Assembly: GCA_004764695.1 (NCBI GenBank)
Contig: SMSO01000031.1
Span: 5,370,436-5,434,435 of the forward strand
Reading direction: 5' to 3'
Source: Schizochytrium sp. TIO01
Lineage: Eukaryota > Protista > Bigyra: Labyrinthulomycetes
Length of the DNA stretch: 64,000 nt
The notes under the pieces were generated by a model. The model ran no database searches and was not told where the DNA came from. It was given only the letters and a program-made list of their open reading frames with translations. Below are positions 1-12,800 of the stretch, in pieces; the stretch's first letter is position 1, and every line of letters starts with the position of its first letter. Both the position numbers and the translations under genes were made by a program.

Positions 1-1150
1 CAGCCTGGGAGGTAGCTCTGGAGCATTGACAAATTTGCTCTTCCCTCGCAAGTTTCTCTGCTCGACAAGATTCTTGATTAACCTCTTCCTTGGCTATGCG
101 GAGTAACATCTCAAGGCGCTTAATTTGTTGTGTTTGATCTTCGTTCGTGTCCGAAAGCTCCTTAATTTTCGTTTGAGAATGGGCTCTCACTAAAACAAGC
201 TCAGATTCGATACTGTTTCTTGCTTCAAGCGCTTGCTTTTGATTCGATGCACTCTCCAACTGTAGGTTTTCTAAATTTTGTTGGGCACTTGCAAAATTCT
301 CAGCGCTCAGACGAGCCCGCTCCTTGTTGCGATCGTTTGCTTCACGCAAAGCCTGTAGCTCCTCGCGGAGGCCCTGTATAATGGCAGCATCTCGCTGCTT
401 GGAAGACTGCAATTCGTCTTGCAAAGCCTTCACAGTTTGTTTTGCTCCTTGGAGAGCTTTATTGGATTCTTGTTGCTTCATCATTATTTCGTTACGCTCC
501 CCGCGCAACTGGTCAAGTTGGATTTGATGCTCTGCTTCAATGTTTGTTAATTTGGTCTCGAATTCTAGATGAGCAGCGTACAATTGTTCGGCAAGCTCTT
601 TGTGATATTCTTTGTTGCTTTTCTCGTTAATGGCTGCAACACTGTTTGTTTCACTAACGTCTGCTGAGAAAGAAGTTTTTTCTAGACGGTCTCCATTCAT
701 GATCGGGTTTGTTGACAGTTGACTATTCTGGCTTAGAGCATCCTCCCTAGAACCAGTTTCTTTTTCATCAAGCTGATTTATGCCCTTGCTGGCTGTTGTT
801 GCACTAGGGGAGCCTGGCCCAGAGTCTGCAGGCGCAGAGAGCTCAATTTGGAGCCTCGATCTTGTTTCTTGGGGCATCAAAGTGAAAGGAACTGCATCAA
901 TAACTTCTCCCTCAGGCAAAACCCAAGTTGATTCTCCAGTTTCCTGGTTATAATAGTATACATTTCCTTGATCGTCCTCGCACTCAAGCCATGTGACCGC
1001 ATGTACACCAGCATCACCTCGTTTTTCATCCTGGGCTGCTGTATTGTTATTCATCGTGATGGTATCCAAGCTAGCTGCCTCCTTTTCCTCCAAAGTTGCC
1101 GAAATCATTTCATTTGTGGGAGGCAAATCGTCATCTTGTGTGTCCGACAT
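1..1150 (-). CDS. WW-domain + coiled-coil protein, 3' part runs off the window edge
   Basis: Manual translation from ATG at 1150: MSDTQDDDLPP...VTWLECEDDQGNVYYYNQETGESTWVLPEG (WW consensus W..D..G..YYYN..T..STW..P), followed by E/K/Q/R-rich helical sequence towards position 1. An upstream exon cannot be excluded. Confidence 0.75.
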   Translation of the reverse strand, partial: MSDTQDDDLPPTNEMISATLEEKEAASLDTITMNNNTAAQDEKRGDAGVHAVTWLECEDDQGNVYYYNQETGESTWVLPEGEVIDAVPFTLMPQETRSRLQIELSAPADSGPGSPSATTASKGINQLDEKETGSREDALSQNSQLSTNPIMNGDRLEKTSFSADVSETNSVAAINEKSNKEYHKELAEQLYAAHLEFETKLTNIEAEHQIQLDQLRGERNEIMMKQQESNKALQGAKQTVKALQDELQSSKQRDAAIIQGLREELQALREANDRNKERARLSAENFASAQQNLENLQLESASNQKQALEARNSIESELVLVRAHSQTKIKELSDTNEDQTQQIKRLEMLLRIAKEEVNQESCRAEKLAREEQICQCSRATSQA

Positions 1151-1755
1151 CCCGCAAGGCTCATGCTCGTGTATTTTCTGCCGAAGAATTGTTTTAGTTT
1201 CGACAGTGAAGTCAGGTACTGCTCTGAGTTTGCTGATTTCACTTCGTACACTATTTTAATAGTCAATAAACCACTTGGCAATTCCCAGCACAGTTGCCAA
1301 TGCAATGACCCTAACGCGTTACGATGCCCTGAGCCATGCACACCAAACATACAAAACCAATGAATTATGTCAGAGCTAACGAACGAGCAGGGTCAGCAGC
1401 TTGAGTCTTCCCATCCCCTGACGGGTCCTTAGCAAACACAGAGCCCCGTCTTTTGGTGCTCCTGAGCGAGGGTCTCTCTAGCGGTCGCAAAGCCGAGCCC
1501 TGGCAATGTGTCGGTTGCGTTCTCAAAAGCAAACACCTCAGTGGGAACGTCGACTTGGAAGACAACCTTGGGCTCACTTGGTTCTCAAGGGTGCAGGTCG
1601 AAAGTTTTGGCGGACCTGTGGGGGTATCTTGCACGTTCCAGTTTTACCGTTACGAAATAATGAATGGGCAAAAGCAGGGGCAGAAGCGTAAGAACTTATG
1701 GAGTAACTCTTCGGTGTATCATGAGCTTTGGAAAGAGATTTAGATTGCCCGATAA

Positions 1756-1803
1756 GACGCGGGAAAGGCGGCGCGGGGGAGCGCGGAGATTGGCGCGGGA
1801 AAG
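1756..1803. promoter_or_regulatory. Cluster of E2F-like sites in a divergent promoter
   Basis: GACGCGGGAAA (1756-1766) and TGGCGCGGGAAAA (1791-1803) are reverse complements of TTTSSCGC; two more GCGCGG cores lie between them. Located between the divergent WW gene and CFAP36. Confidence 0.4.
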
Positions 1804-2017
1804 CACTCTGCGCGCGAGGAATTGGCATGGACCGTGCATCCTGCACATCAATCGCAGAGTTTTCATGGGCTGCAGATCCGAAACTTCGGAAAAGTAGAAA
1901 CGAAAGCTCGGCAACTTGCAAAGAAGCTTGCCCGGCAAATCTGGATCCTAAAGTCGTCTTCCCTCTTCAAGAGACGAGTTTGAGCTCTGGGCAGTTGCTT
2001 CTACAAAAAACCAGAAA

Positions 2018-3214
2018 ATGAGCGATCCGGAGTGGGTGTTCGAGTACATGTGCCAGGTGCTTCAATCTCCTTCTTGGGAGGTCCCTATCATGACATATAT
2101 TGATGAGACATGTGCGATCTTCGACAACGAAGAAGAAAACAAGCTCTCGCACACCAATTCTCACATGGACTTCAAGGAACTTGTTGAGAGACTCCTGACT
2201 GAGCACCTCACCGAGGTTGGCATTAGTGCTGAGGATTTTTATGAGGCCTGCGAAGTTGCTTACAAAAGCGATGAAGCCACCGATGTTGCACGTCGTATTG
2301 TGGAGCAGCTTGTTGCTTGTGAAGATTTCCTGACATTTAAGGCAATTATGTTTAGACGCAACAAGGAGCTGGAACTCGAGGCTCTTATGGAGTTAGAGAG
2401 TGACGACTTTGAGTCTCATGATATGGCCATTGCTAGCCGCAAGTCTAGCGCCGAGGCTAAACACGATGAGCTTCTCGAGCGACAGGAGACAGCTGACCTT
2501 GAGGAAGCTCTCATGCTTAGTGAAGAAACCGAACGGCTTAAGGATCTTTCGCTCCGTGAGAAGGAGCAGGCTGACCTGGAGGCAGCTATTGCTTTGAGCC
2601 TTGCTATGGAGGAGCAACGTCTTGAAACTCTAGCGCAGGGTGACGACGAAGGTAAAGACGACGAGGGCAAGTCCCAAGAGAACGAGAGCAAATCCTCTTC
2701 TGAATCCAAATCTAGTGCTGGCTTTCGCCAACGTTCGGCTTTGCCGCCGATCGGAGGTCGCAAAGCAGATCTGGATATTGAAGAGCAGCGTGACATTCTA
2801 GATCAACACCGCCAGACCGCCGAGAAGACATTCAGCCAGCCTCAGCGTGCAGTTTTCGAAGCAAATACTGAAGTTGATGAAGTGGACATTGCTCGCCGCA
2901 AGCGCCACCTCGAGGCGCAGCGTAAGCGCCTGTTAGCCAAGAAGAACGCGGAACGGGCTGCGTTGCTGAAGGAGTATGAAGAGCAAAAACGTGACAACTC
3001 AAAAGAGGCGTCCTCTCCTGCAGCTCCGAGCTCTGATCAGCGTAAGATCTCCCACCAACAGCGCGACCTGACACAGGCCCTCGCCCGTCGCATGAAGCAA
3101 GATCTTCTTGATTCTGGCCACGGCGCCGGTGGAATGTCTGCTCTCGAGGAGAAGCTCAAGCAGGTTGAACACATGCGACAACAGAGAGCGTCCCTTGCTC
3201 GTGGTGGATTTTAG
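2018..3214 (+). CDS. CFAP36: Cilia- and flagella-associated protein 36 (BART/ARL2-binding domain)
   Basis: N-terminal EWVFEYMCQVLQSPSWEVPIMTYIDETC...FKELVERLL...EDFLTFKAIM..RNKELELEAL and C-terminal ARRKRHLEAQRKRLLAKK match CFAP36/CCDC104; 398 aa. Confidence 0.85.
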   Translation: MSDPEWVFEYMCQVLQSPSWEVPIMTYIDETCAIFDNEEENKLSHTNSHMDFKELVERLLTEHLTEVGISAEDFYEACEVAYKSDEATDVARRIVEQLVACEDFLTFKAIMFRRNKELELEALMELESDDFESHDMAIASRKSSAEAKHDELLERQETADLEEALMLSEETERLKDLSLREKEQADLEAAIALSLAMEEQRLETLAQGDDEGKDDEGKSQENESKSSSESKSSAGFRQRSALPPIGGRKADLDIEEQRDILDQHRQTAEKTFSQPQRAVFEANTEVDEVDIARRKRHLEAQRKRLLAKKNAERAALLKEYEEQKRDNSKEASSPAAPSSDQRKISHQQRDLTQALARRMKQDLLDSGHGAGGMSALEEKLKQVEHMRQQRASLARGGF

Positions 3215-3763
3215 ATGCATCAATTGTACTTGCGAACACTGATTGGTTATGACACTGCGCGCAGAACTCAAACGAGGCAATCCAGACGGTTCTTGTAAAA
3301 GAGGATCTTCTCCACTTCAGCATCGAAGGTTCGCAGCCCAAACAAAAAGACAGTAATGCACTTTTTCGAGTTCAAGAAGGAAGATGCAAAATAAGAATAA
3401 TCTAAAATGTAAACATGAGATATCTCAAAGTAAATCAATGTAAAGCAACTTATGGTCATTTGCCTCCTTATTTTTCCAAGCTTTGCCCTTGAACTCCAAT
3501 GTCAGAATCATATTCTTTTCTTTCGTTGTGAAAGTAAGATTTACAATCCATCAGATATTACGTTATAGAAAGAGTACATGGACCAATTATACAAAAACAG
3601 GAATTGCTTTGATTCTGCGAAATTGAACCAGGCGGGCATTGAATGAAATACTTTTCAAATTTCGTATTGTATTGCGGCTATTGGCCAAACTTCAAATTAA
3701 GCAAACCATAACAGCGATTTGTTTACAAGATACTGGATTGATAATAACGCTCTTTTTAAAATG

Positions 3764-6067
3764 TTACTCATAAGAAATATTCGAGCCTTCATTCACCCGA
3801 ATACTTTCAAATAAAGAGGAATTGCTGGAGCTTGTCGAGGCGTGCAACTTATGGTTGCCGCGTTGGGTCTCCCACTGATTGAGTAGCGCCTTGCCATTGG
3901 TCATGGTAACATTAAATGATTTCTTGACCATGGAACCTCCAACAGAGTAGGTACCAGGACCACAGGATGTTGCCATTTGAGACTTTGGAATAAAAGATGA
4001 GGGTCGAATAGTGTTTTCCGTTTCCTGATGCGTTGATGCTTGTCGTTGCGCTCCTGTTCGATTTGCTCGTAAAGATTGGAAATTTTGATACTTCTTTTCA
4101 TCCTGTTGGTTGGTAGACTGACGAAATGAGCTTGTGGGACTATATGCTGCTGGTCCTGGAATCTCAGGATCTGAGAATCCAAACGCAGATCCTCGACCTG
4201 AAAATCGACGTGCTGTGCTTCGGAAAACTGCACTTGATCCTGGCTTTGGCTTTCGATAGCTACTCGCGTCGGGGCTGAGTTCTGGGTAAGGGTGGCCTCC
4301 AACAGCCCGTTTTGTTGTGTCTGCAAAGTGTGGGTTGGTTGTCAAAGGGCCCTTGCTTTCTTCGTCGTCTGAGTAGGAGGCAAGTCTGCGCGCCCCTTTC
4401 ATAAATGAAGAGGTGGGCTTCTGTCGCCTTTGTAGAATGATTTTGGGAGTTAGTCGCGGTCGAATAGGGTCCATCATGAAATACTCCGGTGTTGGATCAA
4501 TCTGAAGCTCCATTTGTAGTAATGTCGCCTCCTGTACCTGAGTTTCGTACTCCAAAAGCTCTTCTTGCTCTTGCATACGTCGTTCCAATTCAGTCTGCAT
4601 AGGTCGGTAGGTACCCGGGCCAGGCTGATATGCAACACGCTTGGACTCCTCTTCGAAAATTGATGTTTTCTTAGCTGTAGAGCCAAAGACACTGCGCGGG
4701 ACGGCCTCACGAATAAATCCGACTGCTGTGAAGGGTCTGATTGTATCGAGATCACCACTTGATCGCGTTTTGGCGAGCTCTGAAGTTGGTGCTGAAACTG
4801 ACATTTGGGAATTTGGAATGGAAGCATCTCCTGTGGGCTCTTCGAAGGGGACCATGGCAGTAGTTGACGAGTCCTCCTGATGGTTGCTTTTATGAGTCTG
4901 CTCTGAGGGCACAACAGCTGGCTTTCGTGGTACTTTACGTGCATGCTTCTTTTCTTCAAGTACACGCTGAGCTTCACGCTGTGCACGTGCTTCCAGTTGG
5001 GATGTAAGCCAAGACACCTTCCTCGTCTGTTTGTAAGACCCTGGTCCTGGCATGTGCATTTGTGGTGGGGTTGAGTATGGTGTCTGAGCGTGGCGAACAA
5101 CAGTGTTTTCGCGAGAACTAGAGCTACCAAAAGGTACGCTCTTTGCTGACCCGCGCCTTGTTCGTGGGCGCCCGTTTGGACCAAAATGTAAGGTCGCGTT
5201 ATTTGCGTGATGATGCGAGCTCATTTCAACACTAGCGCTAGACCAGGGTCGCGGCCTTGCATCAAGTGTGCTTGGGCGCATTTCGTGTGCCATGGGCGTT
5301 TTAGACATAAACGCAGATGTCCCTCCAACGTTTTTTAAATTCGATTCCATTGATGTACCAAGTGTGTATGCAGCTGGGCCTGGGCCAAGTGCTTTGGAAG
5401 GATCAAAGGCCTCGGCATATGGAGATCGTTTTGTGTTTGAGTTCCCAAACCGCACTGTTTTGTCTGCATCACTGGGGATTTTTTCACTATTGTATTGGCC
5501 TGGTCCAACACAATCATTCTGGGTACCTTTGTATGTGATAAATGGAACTGGGTGTAGACTAAGTGAGCCTGTCTTCTCATCCACATCATATCCAAAGTGT
5601 TTACCAGGAATAGGGATGGCTGCTGGAGTGTTTGCAGAAAACCCCAGAAGATCACCTGAGGAGAACTGCCGTTTCGGTTCCTTGCGGAGATTCTCCTGGC
5701 GCTTGGCTTCGAGCTTTCCTGCACCTTGAGTGTTTAAGTCATATTGCCCAACGCCAGGGTTCTTAATGTATGTGCAAACTCCATATCCGGTCGTGCCTGT
5801 ACCAACAGGGACTAAACGTGGCCCCCCGCCTCCAAGCTTATTAGACGGAGTTGCTTTGTTACTAGTCTCTTTAGCTGCGTATGATCCTGGTCCAGGTACA
5901 TTTTCTTGTGAAGCAATGTCTGATCTTTGTGCCGAGGTTGCGAAAGGAATGACGCTAGGCGGTACTGAGTATTCTGCATGGGAAACGTAGCTTCCAGGGC
6001 CTACTGCGGAAGGGGTGCGTTTAAGTTCAATATCGCTCTTACGCTCTGATCTAATCGGGAGCGACAT
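3764..6067 (-). CDS. Sperm-tail PG-rich repeat (SHIPPO/STPG/ODF3-like) axonemal protein
   Basis: Repeated VGPGSY, VPGPGSY, PGVGQY, VGPGQY, PGPAAY, PGPGSY, PGPGTY, CGPGTY motifs, often preceded by F.S...R elements; 767 aa. Confidence 0.8.
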   Translation of the reverse strand: MSLPIRSERKSDIELKRTPSAVGPGSYVSHAEYSVPPSVIPFATSAQRSDIASQENVPGPGSYAAKETSNKATPSNKLGGGGPRLVPVGTGTTGYGVCTYIKNPGVGQYDLNTQGAGKLEAKRQENLRKEPKRQFSSGDLLGFSANTPAAIPIPGKHFGYDVDEKTGSLSLHPVPFITYKGTQNDCVGPGQYNSEKIPSDADKTVRFGNSNTKRSPYAEAFDPSKALGPGPAAYTLGTSMESNLKNVGGTSAFMSKTPMAHEMRPSTLDARPRPWSSASVEMSSHHHANNATLHFGPNGRPRTRRGSAKSVPFGSSSSRENTVVRHAQTPYSTPPQMHMPGPGSYKQTRKVSWLTSQLEARAQREAQRVLEEKKHARKVPRKPAVVPSEQTHKSNHQEDSSTTAMVPFEEPTGDASIPNSQMSVSAPTSELAKTRSSGDLDTIRPFTAVGFIREAVPRSVFGSTAKKTSIFEEESKRVAYQPGPGTYRPMQTELERRMQEQEELLEYETQVQEATLLQMELQIDPTPEYFMMDPIRPRLTPKIILQRRQKPTSSFMKGARRLASYSDDEESKGPLTTNPHFADTTKRAVGGHPYPELSPDASSYRKPKPGSSAVFRSTARRFSGRGSAFGFSDPEIPGPAAYSPTSSFRQSTNQQDEKKYQNFQSLRANRTGAQRQASTHQETENTIRPSSFIPKSQMATSCGPGTYSVGGSMVKKSFNVTMTNGKALLNQWETQRGNHKLHASTSSSNSSLFESIRVNEGSNISYE

Positions 6068-6858
6068 GGCTTGTTAATGACGAACTGTGGACTACCTCTA
6101 CAAAGTTATCCCAACAAGGGTATTCACAAGGTTACCCTGAAGGGTTTCTGCAATTATGCTCAACACTTTGAAACGCAAAAGAACTTGACCAGTTCCGAGA
6201 TAGGCTCACTGGATTTAACTGCACGAAAGGTTGTGTACTGTACAACAGCAAATAAGCCGGAGCTAGTGTAGGCACGGAGTATAATTGCCGATGACACGCT
6301 ATTCTTGTGGTTTTGCCATGTAGTGTAAGCGAAAGTTAAGTGGTGCACCGTACTAGGAAAACACTGGCGATTGCACTGGGGGATTACGCGCGTGTGGTAA
6401 TCTCCCGCTTCCCACGCGTAGTGCTCGCCCTCAACCCAGAGATTAACCCACTGCGCAATGCAAATATCTTGGAGTGCAAGGTACGCACCCTTGGCTGAAA
6501 ATGTGCCGCGCTCGTGGCGAGTCAGCACTCCTCTAAAAGGAAGTTCTCTGTAGCAAAAAATGGAAATAGTACACAAGAAAAGTACACACCGTGACAGCGT
6601 ACCTCACTTCCGAAATCGGAGGAGCTTGTGAGGATGCATAACTTTTGCATCCCTAGTAAGTGAATTAAACTAAAGAGAATGGTATCGTGCAATGAGTTTC
6701 GCATTGTATGCCTGGGTCGGGGGTTCCATGTGAACTGGCGTCAGCTTTCATTATTTTCCTGCATACAATATGCTGTTCATACCAAATAGGGGAGATGATG
6801 ATCAAAAAGAGATCCGTTCATAACCTTTGGGTTGCTAACTTCTTAGATGAAGACTATT

Positions 6859-6973
<115 letters not shown>

Positions 6974-9221
6974 AGCATGCATGGTATCCCATTTTTGATA
7001 TGTTCATAGTTTCTCTAGTGTATATGTGCAGAAACTTAGATTTTGGAGGGGTGGATCGATCAGTCTATCTTGGCGGGTTTAGTTTACAGATGTTTCTAAA
7101 AACTTTCTTTGCCACATAGAACCAAGCCCGCTTGTGTAATAATAGGTGTATACTATTTCATAGCATAGGAACATAGTACACAGACGTGTGGCAAGTAAAC
7201 CGTGGTAATTTATTTCAAAGTAAAATACTCATAATATACAGAGTATTGTTAGCAACTGAACATGAGTCAGTTGCGCTATGCCGAGTTTTGGAGATATTTC
7301 AAAGTAAATAAATTATCATAGAGACTAAACTGCATCATACACGGTATTATTAAATGTTTTCTGTTCATTAAAAAATTAAAATGTGGTGAATGTACGTGGG
7401 GAATTTCTGAAAGTCTTTGACTAAATCTACATTACTGTCGCTAAAGGCTTCATTAATAGATATAATTATCGATTTCATGAATCTAATGTATCATCAGCTT
7501 ATCTCTGCGTTTGCAAGCATTCAAACGAGCAAGGCACGGAGCATGCACAGAATTGTGGTGTCGTGCCTTGTTCCTGAGTTGCAAATATAAAATGTTGAAG
7601 ATAACTTTGTCTCAGCGTCAGCACCCGGAAATCCACCAGGTATTGCTAACACCCTGTCGTCAGCTTTTTTTTTATTCAACACTACACGCACGCTCTTACT
7701 TGCACAGATGCACTAATACCCTACATGAGCTCCATTGCAACATTCAGACTCTGTCATTTTGGTGTCTGACTTTCAGGCAATACAGCTGAAGTGAGAATCT
7801 ACAATTTCGTGTTCATGGTATTTTTATCTCTCCGCCTTTGTCCATGCTGACAGCTGCATTTAATTTCACAAGACCCTCTATGCACCATCTCGGGAGCCCT
7901 TGCTGGGTGCCTTTAAGCGTCTACTACAAGTATTATATGCCTAGTAGCTACTTAGTATTTAACAATAGGAGCTCCGAGTCACTATCTTGTAGCCATCTAT
8001 CGTCGGGGCTAGTCGTATTATAGTTACTCCTAAGAGAGGGATCCTAAAGGGGTGCTATGACATATAGGCCAAACTGCTTGTTCGGAAAACTCTCTTTCAG
8101 GAACAAAACTTTTATTCCTCATAAAGCAATTTTGTGGGTACCTATGGAGCACAAAAGGGACAGTTAAATGAAAATTTAACTACCGCACTCTTAGTATTTT
8201 GGGTGGCTGGGCCTAGGGGTTTAACAAAATACAAAATACACCGTTCTTGTTTGGCACGAATCAGCAAACTATGCGTCAGAGACTCAGACAGAGCACTGCA
8301 GAGCAGCATTAAAGGCTCAAACTCATGACAGCGATCGGAAAATATGTCTCCTCTCGTCCTCGCACCGGCCCTCCCAAGACTGCCTCAGGCCAACCAGTGG
8401 ATTTCTCTCTCCCAAACAGAAAAAACAGGGAAAGGCCTCACTCAGCCCACAATCACCGTCTGTTCCTTTCCTGCGTTCCATCCCACTCAGCACGGCCTTA
8501 GACCATTATTTCTGCCCTTTGTATATGTTCACAATGGTCTCTAAAACAGGCCTATCGCTCCATCCTTCATCTTCTACACCACGTATTTTATTCCCCCCCC
8601 CCCTGCGCATATAGACTATGCTTTTCGGACATGGGCCTATCCCCCTGTTAGTGGGTCTTACTGTGTCCTAAATTCGGTTGCCAAGTCGTCAGTCTCTGTT
8701 TCTCTCTCTTTCTTCTTATTCGTCGGCAGCGACAAAAGGAGTAATAGTAATAAGAGTAGTTAGGTGATAGTGATAGTAATAGTGCGTGCTATGCTATGAA
8801 GGTCAATGATCAATAACATCAATTTAACTCAGTTCATTCAAATCAAGACAATTAATACAATACAAGACAATTCAATTCAATTCCACTCTTTCGCTCTCCA
8901 TCTCTCCGGCCGCACGCCGAGGGAGCCCGGAGCGCGGCCGCCTGCCTCCTTGCCGCCAGGGACGCGGAACTGCGGCGGAAGGAGCGAGCGAGCGACGAGC
9001 GAGCGCGGCGACGCATCGCAGCGTCGTCGCAGCGGCTGCATCATCGTCAGTCATAGCGAAGGCGAGAGAAAGCAAAAACAAACCAGCCCGGAACACCGTG
9101 GCAAGGGGATACGGCGCCGCTGCCTCGTCGCCGGGACCTTGCCTCGCGGGAAAGACTCCCTAGCGTGGCTGCCTGCACTGATATTGCCTCGTGCGTGAGA
9201 GCTTCTTCGTCTTCTTTTTCT

Positions 9222-9266
9222 TTTTTCTTCTTCTTCTTCTTCTTCTTCTTCTTCTCCTCCTCCTTC
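9222..9266. repeat. (CTT)n/(CTC)n pyrimidine microsatellite
   Basis: ttcttc...ctcctcc tract upstream of the SMEK gene. Confidence 0.85.
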
Positions 9267-9825
9267 TTTGTTTTGTTGGTCTGGTCATTTGAGTTGCCTC
9301 TGTTGCACTCCTTTGTCTCGCATTTTTCGGCTTCTTCGTGATAGACACGGCCAACTTTTGGTGATATCTCCGCAAAATATATATCTATTAAGGTTTGCGT
9401 AGAGAGAGCAGGCAACACGCACTGCTTGAGGACAGCTTGGATCGTGAGGAAGGGAACCTGCGACAAATCTGAGAGCATCGTAACCCGTTCTTGACTCTCA
9501 TTGCAACTGCTTTGCGGCCTGCTCAAATACTTGAGAATACGAAGCTGACTTAACTTATTGGTGTACGCACGACGTATGCTAAGGTGGTGACATCGACGTT
9601 GAAATTTGCGTCGATTTATTTTTTTTTTAATTTTTTTGGTTTACCAAGGGTCACGAAGTCAGCGGACTCATTGAGCTTGACGAGGATTTGCTGTACACGT
9701 TGTTTCTCTCGGGCTCTCATAAGCTATCAGCTGTAGATCATCACAAGGAACGGGATACTTCACTCTCGCAACTCACGCACTGGCTGACAAGGGCTCGCGG
9801 GTGTAGCTCCGTCTCTGGAAAGATC

Positions 9826-12800
9826 ATGCAAGCAGATCCTATGGCATCAGCATCAAACTCAGCATCAAACTCTAACTGTGGAGCCTCAGGAACGCAGACA
9901 GTAGGCGGCAATCCAGTCGCAAACTCCTCCACATCATTATCATCAGCAGCAGCCTCTCAAGGAGCGAGAGCCAACGGTATTCACGAGGGCGCGCATCACA
10001 GCAGCAGTAACAGCATTAACAGCATGGAGGTTGAGGCGCCACGCGATGATCAACAGCGTGCAGGTGAGCAAAAGGACAACGTGAAACGGAGATGGCGCGT
10101 TAAGGTGTATCGGCTCGATAACGAGTCTCGCTGGATCGACGAAGGAACTGGAATGGTGGAGATTAAGTACCTGCGGCGAATTAACGGAAATGCGATCCAA
10201 GTAACCGCTGACCATGAGAACGAAACACCAGGTAAAATCATTCTAGAGTCTGCTATCGTGGCCGAAGATATTTACCAGCCTCAAGGTAAGATGATCATCA
10301 CGTGGAGTGAACCGACATCAAACATGGAGCTGGCCATCTCATTCGAAGAGCAGCAGGGCTGTGAATACATTCTAGACCAGCTTTGTCAAATTCAAGGTCG
10401 AGTATCTGGAGATTTCCATGGTGGACCCCGTGGCGCGCCGAACGAGTACGGTTACCGTACTATGATGCGCGATGGTGAGGTGGAGAGCGGAGAGTCTTCA
10501 TTTCAGGATTCCATGGAGCGCCTGGAACTTCCTGACCCTGATATAGAAAATCTGGAAGGCATCGCTGATCTGGTAATGAGCATGAGTCCGCTTGTTCGCG
10601 AAACATACCTTAATGCAATTCTCTCGCCATTCACGCCTAAAGACAAGAGCAAGGCAAGGAGGAAGAGGCGCCGCGCCGGGGGGTCGGCGCGCAAGCGTCC
10701 TCGCGCCCTCTCTTCAGACGCACAAGGCTCAATTTCTGGATCGTCTTCAGATACTAAAGCCAAAAATCAACACGGCAGTAATTACGCGCTGGAATCATCC
10801 GGCGAGACGAAATCAGACGGCAACGGAATCACTTCAGAAAATGCTGTTAAAAACAATCATCTTCAACAGGCTAACACCACCACAGACTCCGATGCTGCAG
10901 TACGCGACACAAAAGACGACAAAGATGGTCACTGTAGCGGCAGCACGGGCAGCGGCAGCAGCAGTGGAACAACAACTGGCTCTCTTGAGGCTATCGATCG
11001 ACGTGGCGAGCATGCAAACGGTGGAACACCTAGCTTGGATGACGAGGCGAGTAGTGGAGATGATCATGAAGACCCAGAGAGATATACCTACCTTCAGGCT
11101 CTTCTAGATACCTTCCATGAGTGTGAAAGCAAGGGTGACCTAAGAAGCCTCCACACCCTGTTTATCATTGTTCGAACCTTGGTCCTTTTCAACGAGCCGG
11201 TATTTTTGGAGGAATTGCTTTCAGACACCTACTTTGAGGACATCGTTGGTGTACTTGAATACGATCCAGAAGTCAAACCTAAACCGAATCACCGCGAGTT
11301 CTTACGCAAACACGTGCAGCACAAGATGGTTGTTCCTATTGAGGACCCCGAGACACTACGAAAGGTCCATCAGAGCTTTCGGATTCGCTTCTTTCGTGAC
11401 GCTGTGATGCCACGTACCCTCGATGAGGCCACGGCGGGAATTATCACTGATATGGACGCAATGAATGGGATTCAGATTGCAAGTGCGCTCCACGTGGACC
11501 CGCATTATTTGCATAATATTTTCGACCTATTGCGTTCCGAGTCCACACCTGTAGACAAACGGAACGATGCTGTGGGCCTCTTGCAAGAGCTTTGCTCATT
11601 GGCGAAAAAGATGCAGGTGCCGCAGCGAAATGCCTTTTATCGCTCGCTCATGAAAAAGGGCGAGAACTTTTTTGGTATCTTTGAACGCATTCTGGGTGAT
11701 CCGAACTCGACCGTGCAAGAGCGTCTCAACATTGGAGACATTCTCAAGCTCGCCCTCGACCACGATCCTACCCAGCTGCGTTCTTTTATTCTGATGGAAA
11801 AGTCTCAACCTCAGTCGCCCCGAGTGCGGGCTATTGAGGTTATGAACAGACTCATTGAAGATCCTCACACCCCTGTTCGCGTCAAACTACAGCGTCAAAT
11901 GGACCTCTTCGCACAGCCAGAGACTCCTCGAAATGGCGAGGAACGTCCGCCCTTGAGTTTGATGGCGCAATTGCTTAAAAGGCTGGTCTTTGACCCAGAA
12001 GCTGGAATGCAGGCACAAGCTATGGAAATACTTAAGATGCTTTTGGACCCGGAGACCATGGAGGCCGCCGAAAAAGAAAGTTTCCTTACGTTGTTCTACG
12101 ATCACTATATTGCGTGGCTTGTCCTGCCTCTTGAAATGGTCCGTATCAAGCAATCAAGCGTCAATGGAGGAGTCTCTGGGGCCTCCCCCGTCTTGTCGAG
12201 TTCATCAGCATCATCTTCCTCCTCCTCTTCCTCCTTATCGGCCGTTTCTTCTACTGCGGCAACTGTGTCTTCTATACCTTCAGGTATAACTCCTTCTGCA
12301 CCGCACACTTCTATCAATACAACCCTTTATCCACCTTCTTCAGCAAATCTTCCGTCGGGAACTGCTCCTCCTGCCGGTATGCCAGGTAACGAGGCACTTA
12401 CAACAGCACCTCCTGGGTACCAGTTGGTAATGTGCAGTGGACTCCTTGACGCACATACAACTTCAGGCCCTCGTTCTGCTGAAGATCGCCAATTGGAACG
12501 TAAAGCTGCAGAAACAGCACGTGTAGCTGAGCATCACATCACTGATCTGCTCTCTTTCTGTGTGCAAACTCATGGCTTCCGCATTAAATATTTTGTGCTG
12601 AACAAGGATATCATCTCCAAAGTTCTTCGACTTCTCCATTCCCGGGATAAACATCTAGTCCTTAGTGCAATTCGTTTCGCTCGAACTTGTGTTGGATTGA
12701 AGGACGATTTTTACAACCGGCATATTGTGAAATTGAACCTTTTTTCATCCATTTTTGATATCTTTGTCTCGAATGGGCCACGCAACAATCTTATCAACTC

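Noticed and set aside
6368-6377. ATTGCACT resembling U1 snRNA loop II
   Set aside because: No ATACTTACC 5' end, flanking stem or Sm site.
9047-9526. Poly-K/E ORF antisense upstream of SMEK
   Set aside because: Driven by the (CTT)n tract.
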